A stretch of DNA of 64,000 nt from an uncultured delta proteobacterium (GCA_963716725.1 CAVQUB010000021.1:384440-448439), one strand, 5' to 3'. Positions 41,314 through 53,147 are shown, counted from the stretch's first letter. Translations and numbers: made by a program. Notes: generated by a model not told the origin, from the letters alone.

Positions 41314-42735
41314 ATGAAGAACTATTTCCTGTGCGCAGGGATAACCGCTGCGCTTGCTATTCCCATTTCGGCATATCCATCCAATAGTAACGATGTTGCT
41401 GAGCTGAAACAGATGCTTCAGCAAATGAAACACGAATATGAAGCCCGCATCGGCGCGCTGGAAGCACGTATAAAGGATGCGGAAGAGAAGGCCGCAGTTG
41501 CCGAAAGCAAAGCAGATTCCGCCACCCGGGTTGCAGTAGAAGCCAAGAAGCCGGAGTTCGATGGTCGGGGCGACAGTGCATTCAACCCAGCTATCTCTCT
41601 TGTGGTCCAGGGAAGCGCCGCTAGTTATTCACGCGACCCGGACGACTGGGCCTTACCGGGCTTCCAGGTCGGAGGGGAGGCCGGGCTCAAACCTGAAGGT
41701 CTGAGTCTCACCGAGACGGAACTGACTGCATCGGCCAATGTGGATGACTGGTTTTTCGCCCAGACAACGATCGGGCTACATGAGGAGGAGGGCAGTACGG
41801 AGGTCGATCTCGAAGAGGCCTTCGTTGACGCTTTGAACCTGCCAGCGGGATTCGGTCTCCGTATAGGTCGGTTCTTTGCGGAAACCGGCTATACCAACAC
41901 CAAGCACACTCACGCCTGGGACTTCGCCGATGCACCGCTGACCAGCCAGGCGTTCCTCGGGCAGCAATACCGTGATGATGGCCTGCGCCTGACCTGGCTC
42001 GCCCCGACCGATACCTTCATGGAGTTTGGCGTGGAGGCGTTGCGTGGAGAGCGTTTCCCCGCCGGCGGTGATGGCAGCAAGTTTCTAGGTGGCACACAAA
42101 ATTACTTTGCCCGCCTTGGGGCCGATGTCGGCGCGAGTAGCAGTTTCCGGGTTGGCCTTTCGCTTATGCGTGCAGAACCGAAGGACCGTCAGGCCGGACA
42201 TGCGCATGCCGGGCACGCAGATGAAATCTTCAGCTTTGCCGGGGACAGTAATCTGACGGCGCTGGACTTCGTTTGGAAATGGGCGCCAAACGGCGATGCG
42301 CGTACTCGTAACTTCGTTTTCCAGACCGAGTACTTCCACCGGGACGAGGATGGAATGGTGACCTTCACGGATGATATAGGCGAAGCCATACTTCCATATG
42401 ACGGAACCCAGCAGGGCGTCTATGCGCAGGGCATCTATCAATTCATGCCCCGCTGGCGTGCTGGCCTTCGTTACGACAAGCTCTGGAGTGATAACAATCT
42501 TCGGGTAGTCAGCAACACCTCGGGCGAGGCAGACGACGACATCCTTGATGAATCCAGTCTGCTGGGCGGTTATGACCCCTGGCGTTGGACGCTGATGGCG
42601 GATTATTCACACAGCGAATTCAGTCGCCTGCGGGTGCAGTATGCAAGGGATCACTCGCGGTCGGGTGATGCAGACGATCAGTTCCTGCTTCAGTACATCA
42701 TGACGCTGGGCGCCCATGGCGCTCACAAGTACTGA
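41314..42735 (+). CDS. Zinc-regulated outer-membrane beta-barrel/porin
   Basis: Signal peptide, FNPAISL, HTHAWDF, His patch, SEFSRLRVQY..LGAHGAHKY. Confidence 0.8.
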   Translation: MKNYFLCAGITAALAIPISAYPSNSNDVAELKQMLQQMKHEYEARIGALEARIKDAEEKAAVAESKADSATRVAVEAKKPEFDGRGDSAFNPAISLVVQGSAASYSRDPDDWALPGFQVGGEAGLKPEGLSLTETELTASANVDDWFFAQTTIGLHEEEGSTEVDLEEAFVDALNLPAGFGLRIGRFFAETGYTNTKHTHAWDFADAPLTSQAFLGQQYRDDGLRLTWLAPTDTFMEFGVEALRGERFPAGGDGSKFLGGTQNYFARLGADVGASSSFRVGLSLMRAEPKDRQAGHAHAGHADEIFSFAGDSNLTALDFVWKWAPNGDARTRNFVFQTEYFHRDEDGMVTFTDDIGEAILPYDGTQQGVYAQGIYQFMPRWRAGLRYDKLWSDNNLRVVSNTSGEADDDILDESSLLGGYDPWRWTLMADYSHSEFSRLRVQYARDHSRSGDADDQFLLQYIMTLGAHGAHKY

Positions 42736-42745
42736 GGGGGCGGCC

Positions 42746-43649
42746 ATGACGAAACCACACTATTGGCTGCTGCTCCTGATGCTCCTTTGCATGGAATCGG
42801 CTGTCGCAGAGGTCACTGTGTTTAGCTGTGAGCCGGAATGGAAGGCGCTTGCCGAGGAGATCGGCGGTGGGCGGATCACGGCATTCTCGGCGACGACGGC
42901 AGGGCAGGACCCACATCATATCCAGGCCAGGCCTTCGCTGATAGCCAGGCTGCGCAAAGCGGACATGCTCATTTGCAGTGGTGCCGATTTGGAGGCAGGG
43001 TGGTTGCCGCTGCTGTTGCGGCGTGCACGCAACCCCAAGGTACTTCCGGGAAAGCCCGGTCATCTGATGGCGGCTGACCAGGTCGCACTGTTGGATGTGC
43101 CAGAAAGGTTGGATCGCAGTGAAGGTGACATCCATGCCCAAGGAAATCCCCACGTGCATCTGGATCCTGGAAACATTCTCAAGGTGGCCACGGTATTGTC
43201 TGCGCGTCTGGCCGAAATCGATCCAGACAATGCAGTGCACCTCCAGTCGAGTCTGAAGTCCTTTCAGGCGCGCTGGACGGCTGCCATCATGAATTGGGAA
43301 ACCCGCGCGAGCGTCCTGCGTGGCGAGTCGGTGGTGGTTCACCACCGGGAGTGGGTCTATCTGCTCAATTGGCTTGGAATGCAACAGCTGGCGGCTCTTG
43401 GAACCAAAACCCGGCGTACCGCCTACTGCTGGTCACCTGGCCAGTCTGCAGGCCCGGCTCGGGCGTGAAAAACCTCTGGCAATCGTGCGTTCGCCGATCA
43501 GCGACCCGGGACCATCTGAGTGGTTGTCGAACCGTACCGGTGTCGCACAGGTGGTCTTGCCCTATACAGTCGGAAGTACCGAAAACGTCAGCGATTTGTT
43601 TTCCCTGTTCGATGAGATTGTTTCCGTTTTGCTCCGGGTCAAGTCATGA
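42746..43649 (+). CDS. Zn/Mn ABC substrate-binding protein (ZnuA-like), frameshift near 43400
   Basis: QDPHHI, ADLEAGWL, GNPHVHLDP, then EPKPGVPPT..HL in the second frame. Confidence 0.85.
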
Positions 43650-44428
43650 ACTGGGAGGCAATGGACGTCGGAATTCTCGGCCCCGCCTTTCTTGCCGGGT
43701 TGGTAGTACTGGCCACGCATGTTCCTCTGGGACAACGGGTGCTTGAGCGCGGCATTATCTTTATCGACCTGGCCATCGCACAGTTAGCCGGGGTTGGCGT
43801 GATCGCAGCCCATGCCATCGGCCTGGACGCGAGTGGTGCAATGGTCCAGCTCGCGGCGTTTTCGGCGGCCATCGCCGGTGCTCTGCTGCTTTACTGGACA
43901 GAGCGCAGTTGGCCCAACGTGCAGGAGGCGATCATTGGCAGCGTCTTCGTGCTGGGTGCCACTGCGGCCATACTGCTGTTGGCGCAGGATCCGATGGCGG
44001 GCGAGCACCTCAAAGACCTTTTGGTCGGGCAGATACTTTGGGTCGATTATTCCGGTCTGGTGGCACCAGCCCTGATCTCGTTGGTGGTTCTTACGTTTTG
44101 GTTTGGGGTCGGGGCTCGTCGAAACCTTGCCGCCTTCTATGGTCTGTTTGCGATTTCAGTCACTGTCTCCGTGCAGTTGGTTGGTGTCTATCTGGTATTT
44201 GCTACGCTCATTATCCCGGCGTTGGCAGGGCGTTTTTTACCGGATAGATTCAGGCTGGCTGCGGGCTACGTAATTGGAGTCTCGGGATACGGGATCGGTT
44301 TGTCCGTTTCTGCGTTATTCGACCTGCCCGCCGGACCCGTCGTTGTGTGGACCCTGTCGGCAATCGCCGTCATCTTTGCGTTATTCGGTCGACTGCGGGT
44401 TCAAGGAACGACTTCGGTTGAGCCGTGA
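43646..44428 (+). CDS. Metal ABC transporter permease (ZnuB-like)
   Basis: HVPLG..VL.RGIIFIDLAIAQ, LL.GQILWV, GVYLVFATLIIPA. Confidence 0.85.
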   Translation: MNWEAMDVGILGPAFLAGLVVLATHVPLGQRVLERGIIFIDLAIAQLAGVGVIAAHAIGLDASGAMVQLAAFSAAIAGALLLYWTERSWPNVQEAIIGSVFVLGATAAILLLAQDPMAGEHLKDLLVGQILWVDYSGLVAPALISLVVLTFWFGVGARRNLAAFYGLFAISVTVSVQLVGVYLVFATLIIPALAGRFLPDRFRLAAGYVIGVSGYGIGLSVSALFDLPAGPVVVWTLSAIAVIFALFGRLRVQGTTSVEP

Positions 44429-44533
44429 CAAGAGGTTTACCAAGATCGGAAACGTTGCGGGTGATGAACAGCTTTCGAAGAGGGCATTGAGCCTGGAGGG
44501 GCAAAAAGGAAAGAGTATCAGCGCATATAGAGT

Positions 44534-44610
44534 CCTGTTTAAGGTGATCCATTACCTGCTGGAGCAGGACGGGGGTACACTTGGAAGTCAAAGCACGAAA
44601 GGTAGCCTGG
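44534..44610 (+). pseudogene. 3' remnant of the addiction-module antitoxin gene
   Basis: CCTGTTTAAGGTGATCCATTACCTGCTGGAGCAGGAC..GGAAGTCAAAGCACGAAAGGTAGCCTGG matches the antitoxin end. Confidence 0.8.
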
Positions 44611-44670
44611 GGTGCTGTTTGGCAGCGTTAGATCGGCAATTTTTTCGGGCATTTAGAAGGATTTTTTGAG

Positions 44671-44765
44671 CATGGTATATTTTATGGTATTACCACATAC
44701 ACCAATAGTTATACCTTTTATATTAAATAGAAAAAAATGGCTCGTTTACAATCGAGTGGGAGTAG
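44671..44765 (+). repeat. Junction J8: left arm plus core, no standard right arm
   Basis: Doublet 44671; core ATCGAGTGGGAGTAG 44751-44765. Confidence 0.88.
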
Positions 44766-45053
44766 GCCAGATCTGGCAATATTTGCCACTGGCTGGCATC
44801 AAACCACAAATATACTGGTCTTGCATTTACAGGCACTGGCAGGCACACGCAAGGAAGCTTTTTCGATGGTATGGTTCAGCGATTACGCCAAGCCTTTTCT
44901 GGGTGTGCGCGTTGGGTATCTGTTTGAAGTAATCCTTCCTGGCTGTAGTGCCGGGTCACGATTTGCCCTCCGTAACAACCTGATCGTGAATCTCTTAATA
45001 TCTACTATGAGAACCATCGACAGGGGGTCCAGACTTATCGTTAGAGAATTCAG

Positions 45054-45206
45054 CTGTTAGTCGATGAGCTCTTGCCGGAACAACCGATACGCCAATGGAT
45101 ACTGAGCTTTCCGTTACAATTGAGCTTCCTGTTCGCCAGTCGTCCGCAACTGATGGGCTGGGTGCTGGGGATCGTCTGCCGGGCTATTGCGGCACGCTTG
45201 AAGTGA
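45054..45206 (+). mobile_element. IS91/ISCR transposase remnant
   Basis: Manual translation LVDELLPEQPIRQWILSFPLQLSFLFASRPQLMGWVLGIVCRAI. Confidence 0.7.
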
Positions 45207-45258
45207 TCCTCGCACCAATTTCTCAGCATCACGCCTGTAACACGCTGATATCCTACTC

Positions 45259-46878
45259 TTGGCGGCGCCGGTGATCAGGTACATAAGGCAATGCTTCCCG
45301 CATCTCACGGCTCGGACTTCGAATATTCCGGTCCGAGCCTATGCCCTGTTACTGGTGGTTATTTCGAACGGTGGGTGTGCAACAGTGCCGGATAACGACC
45401 ATCGTACGCCGTCTTACAGTTACGCCGATACCCAGGATACCAGGCTCGGACGTGCATTCCTGGCGCAGCGCGAAGCGCATCCCGATCGCTCCGGTTTCCT
45501 GCTGCTTGGGAGCGGGCGTGACGCCTTGGTGGCTCGCGCCGCGTTGGCGCGTGCGGCCGAGCGCAGTATCGATGCACAGTACTACCTGCTGCATGATGAC
45601 TTAACCGGCCATTTCTTCATTGGCGAGTTGCTCAAGGCAGCCGACCGCGGCGTACGTGTACGCCTGCTGGTAGACGACATGGACCTCGAGGGGCGTGACA
45701 TGGGCGCCGCGGCACTGGATATGCACCCGAACATCGAGGTGCGCATCTTCAATCCCTTCGCGCGTAATGTGAGCCGGCTTTCGCAGTTCGTCACCCGCTT
45801 CGGCAGCGTCACGCGACGCATGCACAACAAGTCGTTCACGGTTGATGGCCAGGCGACAGTGCTCGGCGGACGCAATATCGGTGATGAGTATTTCGAGGCA
45901 AACCCGGCGCTCGCCTTCGGCGACCTCGACGTGCTTGGCATAGGTCCGGTCGCGCGCGAAGTCTCCGTATCGTTCGATGCCTACTGGAATCATCCCCTGG
46001 CCTATCCCGCCTCGAGTCTGGTGGATCAGTTGCCGGATGACGAAACAGTCGCCCGCCTACGCGCCCGGCACGAGGCCTTGATTGCCGCTGAAACCGACTC
46101 CGAATACTCTCGCGCACTGGACAGCTCACAACTTGCCAGACAACTGCGGGCGGGTGAGTTACGACTACTGTGGGGAAGCGCCGACGTCGTTGCCGATGAT
46201 CCCGAAAAGCTGATCGCCGACCGCAACAATAATGAGCTGCAACTCACCGGGGCGCTCGGTCCCTACTTTCGGGATCTCGCGCAGGAGCTGATTATCTTTT
46301 CGCCTTATTTTGTTCCGGGTCGTGAGGGCGTTGATTATTTTACTGCTCTGGTCGAGCGCGGCGTGCGCGTGCGCATACTCACCAACTCGCTTGCCTCGAC
46401 CGACGTCCTGGTCGTCCATGCAGGCTACGCACGTCACCGCCGCGCGCTGTTACGCGCCGGGATCGAGATCTACGAGATGAACCGGCAGCTGACGCCCGAG
46501 CAGCGCGAAGGCAGGAAGCTCATCACCGCCTCATCGAAGGCGAGCCTGCACGCGAAGTCCTTTGCCATTGACAGCCATTGGGTCTTCATCGGTTCGCTCA
46601 ACCTCGATCCACGCTCCGTTGTCGAGAACACGGAGGTCGGTGTGGTGATCGACGCCCCCGAGATTGCGCAGTCGATGGTTGAATGGTTCGATCAAAACGT
46701 CCAGCGGGTTGCCTTCCAGGTCACGCTGGAAGACGACGGCCATGGAGGCGAGCAGCTACGCTGGAGTGGTTACGACGAGGGAGAATGGCGGGTATTCGAT
46801 GTCGAGCCGCACACCCATATCTGGCAACGCATCGGGGTTAACCTGATGCGGCTGCTTCCAATCGACTCGCAACTATGA
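45259..46878 (+). CDS. Phospholipase D family protein (ClsC/YmdC-like)
   Basis: Two HKD-type motifs (RRMHNKSFTVD, SLHAKSFAID), GGRNIGDEYF; start uncertain. Confidence 0.88.
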   Translation: MAAPVIRYIRQCFPHLTARTSNIPVRAYALLLVVISNGGCATVPDNDHRTPSYSYADTQDTRLGRAFLAQREAHPDRSGFLLLGSGRDALVARAALARAAERSIDAQYYLLHDDLTGHFFIGELLKAADRGVRVRLLVDDMDLEGRDMGAAALDMHPNIEVRIFNPFARNVSRLSQFVTRFGSVTRRMHNKSFTVDGQATVLGGRNIGDEYFEANPALAFGDLDVLGIGPVAREVSVSFDAYWNHPLAYPASSLVDQLPDDETVARLRARHEALIAAETDSEYSRALDSSQLARQLRAGELRLLWGSADVVADDPEKLIADRNNNELQLTGALGPYFRDLAQELIIFSPYFVPGREGVDYFTALVERGVRVRILTNSLASTDVLVVHAGYARHRRALLRAGIEIYEMNRQLTPEQREGRKLITASSKASLHAKSFAIDSHWVFIGSLNLDPRSVVENTEVGVVIDAPEIAQSMVEWFDQNVQRVAFQVTLEDDGHGGEQLRWSGYDEGEWRVFDVEPHTHIWQRIGVNLMRLLPIDSQL

Positions 46879-47371
46879 GTGCGTAATCGTATGCACGATA
46901 CTTACCGGGGCTATGACACTATGGGGTAGTTACAGACACTTATTCCTGATCAGGCGTTATTGTTCAACCTCCGGCTGCGTTTGTTACGGGTCCAGTGTAC
47001 CTGTTTGGCTTGTTCCTGTAGATCATTGGCCTTTGCGAAAATCTCGTCATCTGGTACCACTTCGTTGCTTTGGACTGGTTTGATTCTGGGTTCTTTCTTG
47101 ACTGGTGGTATTTTCCGGCTTGATTCCTTCGAGTCCGGGTTTGGCTGCATGCGGGGCTGCTTGCCCTCGGCCACCGCCGACTTTCCCGCAAACGCATCGA
47201 CGTCGCCACTCTCGTGGATCGCGCGCGGGCAGGGGATCGATCTGTGGCAGTTGCGTTCCCGAGCAGGCCGCCAGGACACACAGACAGACTGGCGGGTTCG
47301 CCGCTCGCCGGCACCGAAACATGCCGCGAGCTTTGCGTAAGGCGAATGAGTGCGCACGGCACGGCTCGCCG

Positions 47372-50220
47372 TCAGTTGTCGGTGAGCCCCTCTTCCATGG
47401 CCCTGGCGCAGGCATCGCTGTTGAACAATCGCTGCAGCAGCTTCTTGCCCAGCGGCCAGAGGCCGCCTGTCGCGAGACCCGCACCGGTCTCGAAGACGGC
47501 CGATTTCGGGTCCGCCACGATACGGGGTGACGCAAGGGTTCCGCCGATCCGCGTGAAGGGATTGATCAGGTCCCCGAGGCTGATACCAAGCCCACGCCGG
47601 GGCTGCGCCAGGATGTCCAGGTCCAGCGTCTCGCTGCCCAGATCGATGTGGCCCCGCGCCAGCAGGTTGACCTCCCCCGTTTGCAGCGCAAACAGCGGGT
47701 CGCCGCGGGCCGTCCCGTCTTCGAGGTCGAGGCGCAAAACGAGGCAGTTGAGCTGCATTTTGTCGCGCTTGCCGATGAGCGGGTTGATCGTCTCCAGGAC
47801 GCGGGTAAGGGTGTCCTCGAAAACGAGCGTCGACAGGAGATTCCCACGTGACATTATCTCGCCCGCGCGCGCATCCACCCGTATGCGGCCGGTCAGCGTA
47901 TCGGTCAGTGTCCGAAGATCGGCGCCACGGGCTTCGAGTTTCGCCGTCATGTCGTAGGCGGGGCGCGTCGCCAGCACCGCCTCGGTTTCGTCGGGCCGTG
48001 CGATGTAGAGGTTGCGGCCTTCGAGGTCCAGGCGGATCGCGTAGACGCTCCCGGCGGGTTCTACGGGTTCGGCGGTCAAGGTCCCTGTCAGACGCCCGCG
48101 TTTGCCGTACGCCTCCAGGTTCGTGATTTCCATCCGGCCGTCGTGTAGCGTGCCGGCCATGCGGAAATGCGATCCGGCGATCTTTGGGCTGCGCAGTGAA
48201 TCGATATCGACCCGAAAATCGGCATCTAGGGTACCCAGCCAGTCAAACGGAATCGCCCGGTCGGAGATGATGCGGCCGTCGTTCCGAGCGGCAGGGGCCT
48301 CGACGCTCTGTTTGTCGTAGTTACGCAGATCGAGCCGTTCCGCGTTTAGCGCCACCGAAACGAAGGGGCGCTCGCCACGAATGTAATCCAGGCTGCCGCG
48401 CAGTTCGCCACGGTCGGACAGCTGTAAGGCAGCGTCGCGAAGTTCAAACCCATGCGGGCTCCACTTGCCGGTGCCGCTCATTTCCACTCGCTCCTCGACC
48501 TTGCGCACACGGTCGAGTGCCGGGCTGAGCCCTGCCACTGAAGGCGCCTTGAAACTCAGGTCGAAACGACCGTTGTCGCCGCGTTCGCCCACGTGCACGG
48601 CCAGTTCGCCCGCGAGCGATGCGGGCCCGGCCGTCATCGATAGCTCGTCCAGATTTAGCCATTCGCCGGATCGACGCAGTCGGCCGGTGCCCGAGATCGT
48701 CTGCACGGCGGGGCTGAGGTAATCGTTCGCCGCAAGCCAGGGGGAGAGATCGATCTTTTCGGCATCAAAACGCACATCCACCTCGCCGACTCCGGAGCCG
48801 GCAAGGAGCCGGCCTGTCATTCCGAGTCGCTGCGTGCCAAGCCGGAGCTGCGCCGTTTCGAGAACCAGCTCGCCCTTCGCGTAGGCACCCCGGCCGCTCA
48901 GCGTAAAGGGCTCCGAGCTCAGCCCCTTGATACCGAGGGGGCGGGCGGCTGCCGCAGCATCCGGTCCCTGTAGCGCAAAATCGAGGTCCGCCCCGTCCAG
49001 CGACAGACCGGCCGTAGTCGCAGCGGTCAGCCGGGCGGAGAGATCGCGATAGCGAATGTGCAGCGAGGCTTCCTTGCCGCCGCCGTCCCGCCCTGCGACA
49101 GTTGCCTGCCCCTGAAACGTCATCTCTCCCACGGTCATCGTGGCATCGTCAATATCGATGCGGTTGCCCTGCGAACGAATTGTTCCGGCCATCTCGAAAG
49201 ACGCGGCAGGCAGGTCTACAGTGGCCAGGCGCTTCCCGATTACGGCGAGGTCGGGACCGGCGATACGCCAGCGCACGTCGAAGCCGTCCGTACCGCGGGC
49301 GTCCTCGAACCACCCCTCGGCCGCCAGGCGATAGTCGCCCAGGCGGCCGGATGCACTGAAGGCGGAGTGCCCCGGGTCGGGGGCGAGCGTCGCCTCGAGG
49401 TGCAGGGGGCCCGTCGTGATCGCGGGCAGATTCAGGACGCCCAGGAGGTAGCCCGCGTCCGGACCGACCAACTCGACCTGTGCGGAGGCCAGTGCCAGTG
49501 TATGCAGATCGATCCCTTCGGCCTTGCCCTGCAGCGTGACCTCACCGAGGACGGCGTTGACGCGCAGGTCGACTTCATCCGGGGCGGCGGGGCCATCGGC
49601 CGGTCCTGCCTCGCACTCTACATGCAGCGGCACACCGTTGAACTGTGCGCTCATCAGTGACCGGAACAGACCGTCCCGGATGCCGAAGTCCGCCGTGTCG
49701 ATGACAACCTCTGTCGGCCGGGTGAAGGCGGGCCGGGAAACAAGAACCCGCAGACCCGTGGCGGTGAAGGCGTTCACGCGCGGCAGGGAGGCGATGGCCG
49801 GCGTGGCCGCGGACCCGAGCTGCTGATCCGGTTGGTGATCGGTCCAGTTCCGGCGGCCGTCTGCCGCTTCCTGCAGCCGCAGAACCGCGCCGGTCATTGC
49901 GAGCCTTTCGATGCGAACCGGCCCTCGGAGGATGGACCACAGTGCAACCTCGGCCGTCAGATTGTCCGCCTCGAACAGCAACGGCTCGTCGGCCCAGGCC
50001 GCATTGGCGACGGCAACGCCCTGGGCGTGAACGCGCGCCAGTCTGCCGAGGCGCGATGGAAAGCGGTCCGTCGATGCGGACTTCGCGCCCGAGTGAATCG
50101 CTGATGAGTACGGTGAAACGGTCGCGCAGGTGACCGATGTCGACCAGCGAACAGATACAGGATCACGGCAACGAGTCCGGTCAACAGGATGCCGGAAAGA
50201 GCGGCCAGCCAGCGCAGCAA
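47372..50220 (-). CDS. AsmA family protein, N-terminal frameshift(s)
   Basis: TM anchor in ORF 49957-50220; beta-rich body ending G.IDL..ETLDL..IGGTLASP. Confidence 0.7.
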
Positions 50221-50471
50221 TTCGAATCTCCGTTCCGTGTGAAAACACGATGGATTGTAGCGACTGGTCCCGATGTCGGTCGAGCATCGGCGCAGAACGG
50301 TTTATACTCGCACAGGACGTTCGCCAGAGTGCAGCGGGTATTCCGGTACCGGCCGGCCCGTTACGCGACAGGCTTGGAAAGGCAGGCAATTTGCCGCCGC
50401 ATGTCCCGTTTCCTTCCGGCTGCCGGCAGGAAGCAACTCATGAAACATACGCCCATCCAGTGAGGTCATGC

Positions 50472-52136
50472 ATGTCGATTTCCGGTTCAAATTTCCTTCG
50501 CAACGCCGTCGCCTGCCTGGCATGCACACTCGCCAGTACCGCAGCCATTGGCGCCGATTTTCCGTCAGCCGCACAGTCCGACCCGGTGGCGCTCGGCTGG
50601 ATGAAGGGCTTTCCTCCACCGCCTGAGAAACTAATTACCCAGCCCGATTCGAATTACTTCAGCTTTCCGAAGCTCCGGTGGACAGTATGCCATCTCCGCG
50701 AGTTCCTGCCCACCAGGCAGGTGAGTCGTGGGCTGGGCGCTCCGGTGGCGCTGGATTACGCCTTCGACGAGGGGATCGACAAGGTCACCTTCACGCCGCT
50801 TGGCAGCAGCGAGATCATGACATGGGAGGCATCGCTAGCCGCGAATTACACCGACGGCATACTGATCATCCACCAGGACAAGATCGTCTACGAGCGTTAC
50901 TTCGGCTGTCTCGACGAGGCGGGCAAACACGCCGCCAAGTCGATGACCAAGTCCATCACCGGTCTGCTGGCTGAAATTCTCGTCGCCGAGGGGACACTGG
51001 ACGATACCGCGCCTGTCTCGTCGATCATCCCCGAGCTGGCGGACAGCGCGTTCGGCAATGCCACGGTGCGGCAGGTGATGGACATGACCACGGCGCTGGA
51101 CTACAGCGAAGACTATGCTGACCCCAAGGCGGACATCTGGGTCTACTCCCGTGCCGCCAGCCCGCTACCCAAGCCGTCTGACTACACCGGGCCGGACGGT
51201 TACTTCGAGTACCTGCAGACCGTGCGGCCGGCAGGCGAACATGGCGAGGCTTTCGCTTACAAGACGGTGAACACGGATGTGCTGGGCTGGATCCTGTCGC
51301 GGGTATCCGGCATGGCGCTCACCGACCTGTTGTCGGCCCGAATCTGGAGCCGCATGGGGGCTGAGCAAGACGGTTACATGACCGTGGACGGCAAGGGCAC
51401 GCCGTTTGCCGGCGGTGGTCTGAGTGCGGGCTTGCGTGACCTGGGACGGATCGGTCTACTCATGCTGAGCGAGGGCGTCATCAACGGTGAGCGCTTGTTC
51501 CCGGCCAAGGTCGTCACCGGCATCCGCACCGGCGGCGAAAAGGACAAATTTGCGAAGGCGGGCTACAAGGCGCTGGCCGGCGGCAGCTACCGGGGCATGT
51601 GGTGGGTGTTCCACAATGAGCACGGCGCCTTTGCCGCTCGTGGTGTCCACGGCCAGACCATCTACGTCGACCCCACGGCCGATATGGTGATCGTACGCTT
51701 CGCCTCGTTTCCCGTGGCGAAGAACGCGAAGATCGATCCGACCTCGCTGCCGGCCTACCAGGCGGTCGCGGAGTACCTGCTGGCGAAGCAAACCGATCCC
51801 GCCCTGATCGGCGAGTGGCGCATCGAGTCGATCGGGGATTCCGGAGACTTCGACAGCGACGCGAAGGAGTTTGTCGTCATGCAAGGCGGACGCATTGCGG
51901 CATCGGTCGGATGCAACCGCATGATGGGCAGCCTGCGCACAGACGCGGGCCGGGTCTTGATCGGCGAGATGGCTCGCACCAGGATGGCCTGCGAGCCTGC
52001 GCTCTCCGATCTGGAAGATCGATTCCTGCGGAGCCTGGAAGACGTACAGTCATACGAGATCGACGTCACGGGACGCAACCTGACGTTCCTCGACCCACAG
52101 GGCGTCATCCTGATGGCATTGTCGCGGAAGGAGTAG
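50472..52136 (+). CDS. Serine hydrolase (class C beta-lactamase / NylB-like) with C-terminal META domain
   Basis: SMTKS, YKTVN, ARGVHGQ; C-terminal VGCNRMMG..TRMAC. Confidence 0.85.
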   Translation: MSISGSNFLRNAVACLACTLASTAAIGADFPSAAQSDPVALGWMKGFPPPPEKLITQPDSNYFSFPKLRWTVCHLREFLPTRQVSRGLGAPVALDYAFDEGIDKVTFTPLGSSEIMTWEASLAANYTDGILIIHQDKIVYERYFGCLDEAGKHAAKSMTKSITGLLAEILVAEGTLDDTAPVSSIIPELADSAFGNATVRQVMDMTTALDYSEDYADPKADIWVYSRAASPLPKPSDYTGPDGYFEYLQTVRPAGEHGEAFAYKTVNTDVLGWILSRVSGMALTDLLSARIWSRMGAEQDGYMTVDGKGTPFAGGGLSAGLRDLGRIGLLMLSEGVINGERLFPAKVVTGIRTGGEKDKFAKAGYKALAGGSYRGMWWVFHNEHGAFAARGVHGQTIYVDPTADMVIVRFASFPVAKNAKIDPTSLPAYQAVAEYLLAKQTDPALIGEWRIESIGDSGDFDSDAKEFVVMQGGRIAASVGCNRMMGSLRTDAGRVLIGEMARTRMACEPALSDLEDRFLRSLEDVQSYEIDVTGRNLTFLDPQGVILMALSRKE

Positions 52137-52421
52137 CCGCCGGTACACATAGTGGCCGCGGACGTTTCGCAGTCCGCCATGCAGTTCCGCGGATGGATGC
52201 CAAGATCCGGCGCCAACCCTGGTACGGAGGTTCGACTCAGAATTGACGTCTTTTCTCAGCAGCACAAAGTACAGGCCAGCCAGTTTTCGCCGGCGCAGCG
52301 GTTCAGCTAACGCGGTCTGGAGGTGATCGGAGCGCGGTTCAGAACGAATCGGGGCACAGGCTTTCGTGGGCCGACGCGTCTTTTGTGTCTGAGGTGGTCC
52401 GGAATCCGGCGGATTTTTATG

Positions 52422-52668
52422 CATGGGATTTTTCATGGTATTACCGCCGACAAGGACAACGAAGCCATTGATACTGGGCCGAAATAATGGCTCATTTACA
52501 ATCGAGTGGGAGTAGGCAGAATACGTAACACATTAAAATGTAGTTTAATGACAACTCTAATCGATAATATAATCTGTATCATCAATGGTATATTTCATAG
52601 TATTTATTGCGTGTAGCAAGGCAGAAAACATCGATACCATGGGAGGAAGATAGATGCTGGCATGGCAT
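52422..52668 (+). repeat. Junction J9: full attP-like element (247 bp)
   Basis: Doublet 52422; core 52501-52515; right arm to 52668. Confidence 0.88.
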
Positions 52669-52670
52669 CA

Positions 52671-52753
52671 GACCTCAGGTGAAAACTTGTTTGACTTGTT
52701 CATGGCTCCATTCTCTCAAGAGTTGAAGCCTTCGCGAAACCCGGGGCGGTTCA
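52671..52753 (-). mobile_element. IS3-family (IS51-group) left-end remnant
   Basis: TGAACCGCCCCGGGTTT end, GGAG RBS and orfA start MNKSNKFSPEV. Confidence 0.7.
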
Positions 52754-52778
52754 AAACTTTTCTCTGCTGGGGTATTGG

Positions 52779-53147
52779 TTAGGCATGAGCTTGAGGCGGT
52801 TTGATCAACGACTCAGCCGGAATGCCCAAGCCTTCGTGGAGTTTCCAGATCATCTTCAAAGTCAGCGAGCGCTTGTGATTAAGGATCTCGTAAACGCGAT
52901 TACTTTTGCCGATCATGGGCTCTAAGTCTTTTACAGTTAAGCCCTTGCGTTCCATTTCGAATTTGATCGCCTCAACAGGATCTGGAAAATCCATCGGGAA
53001 GTGCCTGGCTTCATAAGCCTCAATAAGCGTGACCATCACATCCAGCTTTTCGCCTTCTGGCGTATCTGGTCCAGCCATCATCAGGCTTTCAATTTCTTTT
53101 AATGCCGCGCGGTAGTCGGCATCAGTTTTAATCGGTTTGATGTCCAT
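52779..53147 (-). CDS. higA: HigA antitoxin
   Basis: IKPIKT..DY..AL, PDPVEAIKF.ME, RSLTLKMI.KLH.GLGIPAESL. Confidence 0.9.
   Translation of the reverse strand: MDIKPIKTDADYRAALKEIESLMMAGPDTPEGEKLDVMVTLIEAYEARHFPMDFPDPVEAIKFEMERKGLTVKDLEPMIGKSNRVYEILNHKRSLTLKMIWKLHEGLGIPAESLIKPPQAHA

Noticed and set aside
50472..52136. Beta-lactam resistance gene
   Set aside because: Motif context (ARGVHGQ instead of KTG) fits NylB/esterase-like serine hydrolases rather than AmpC.
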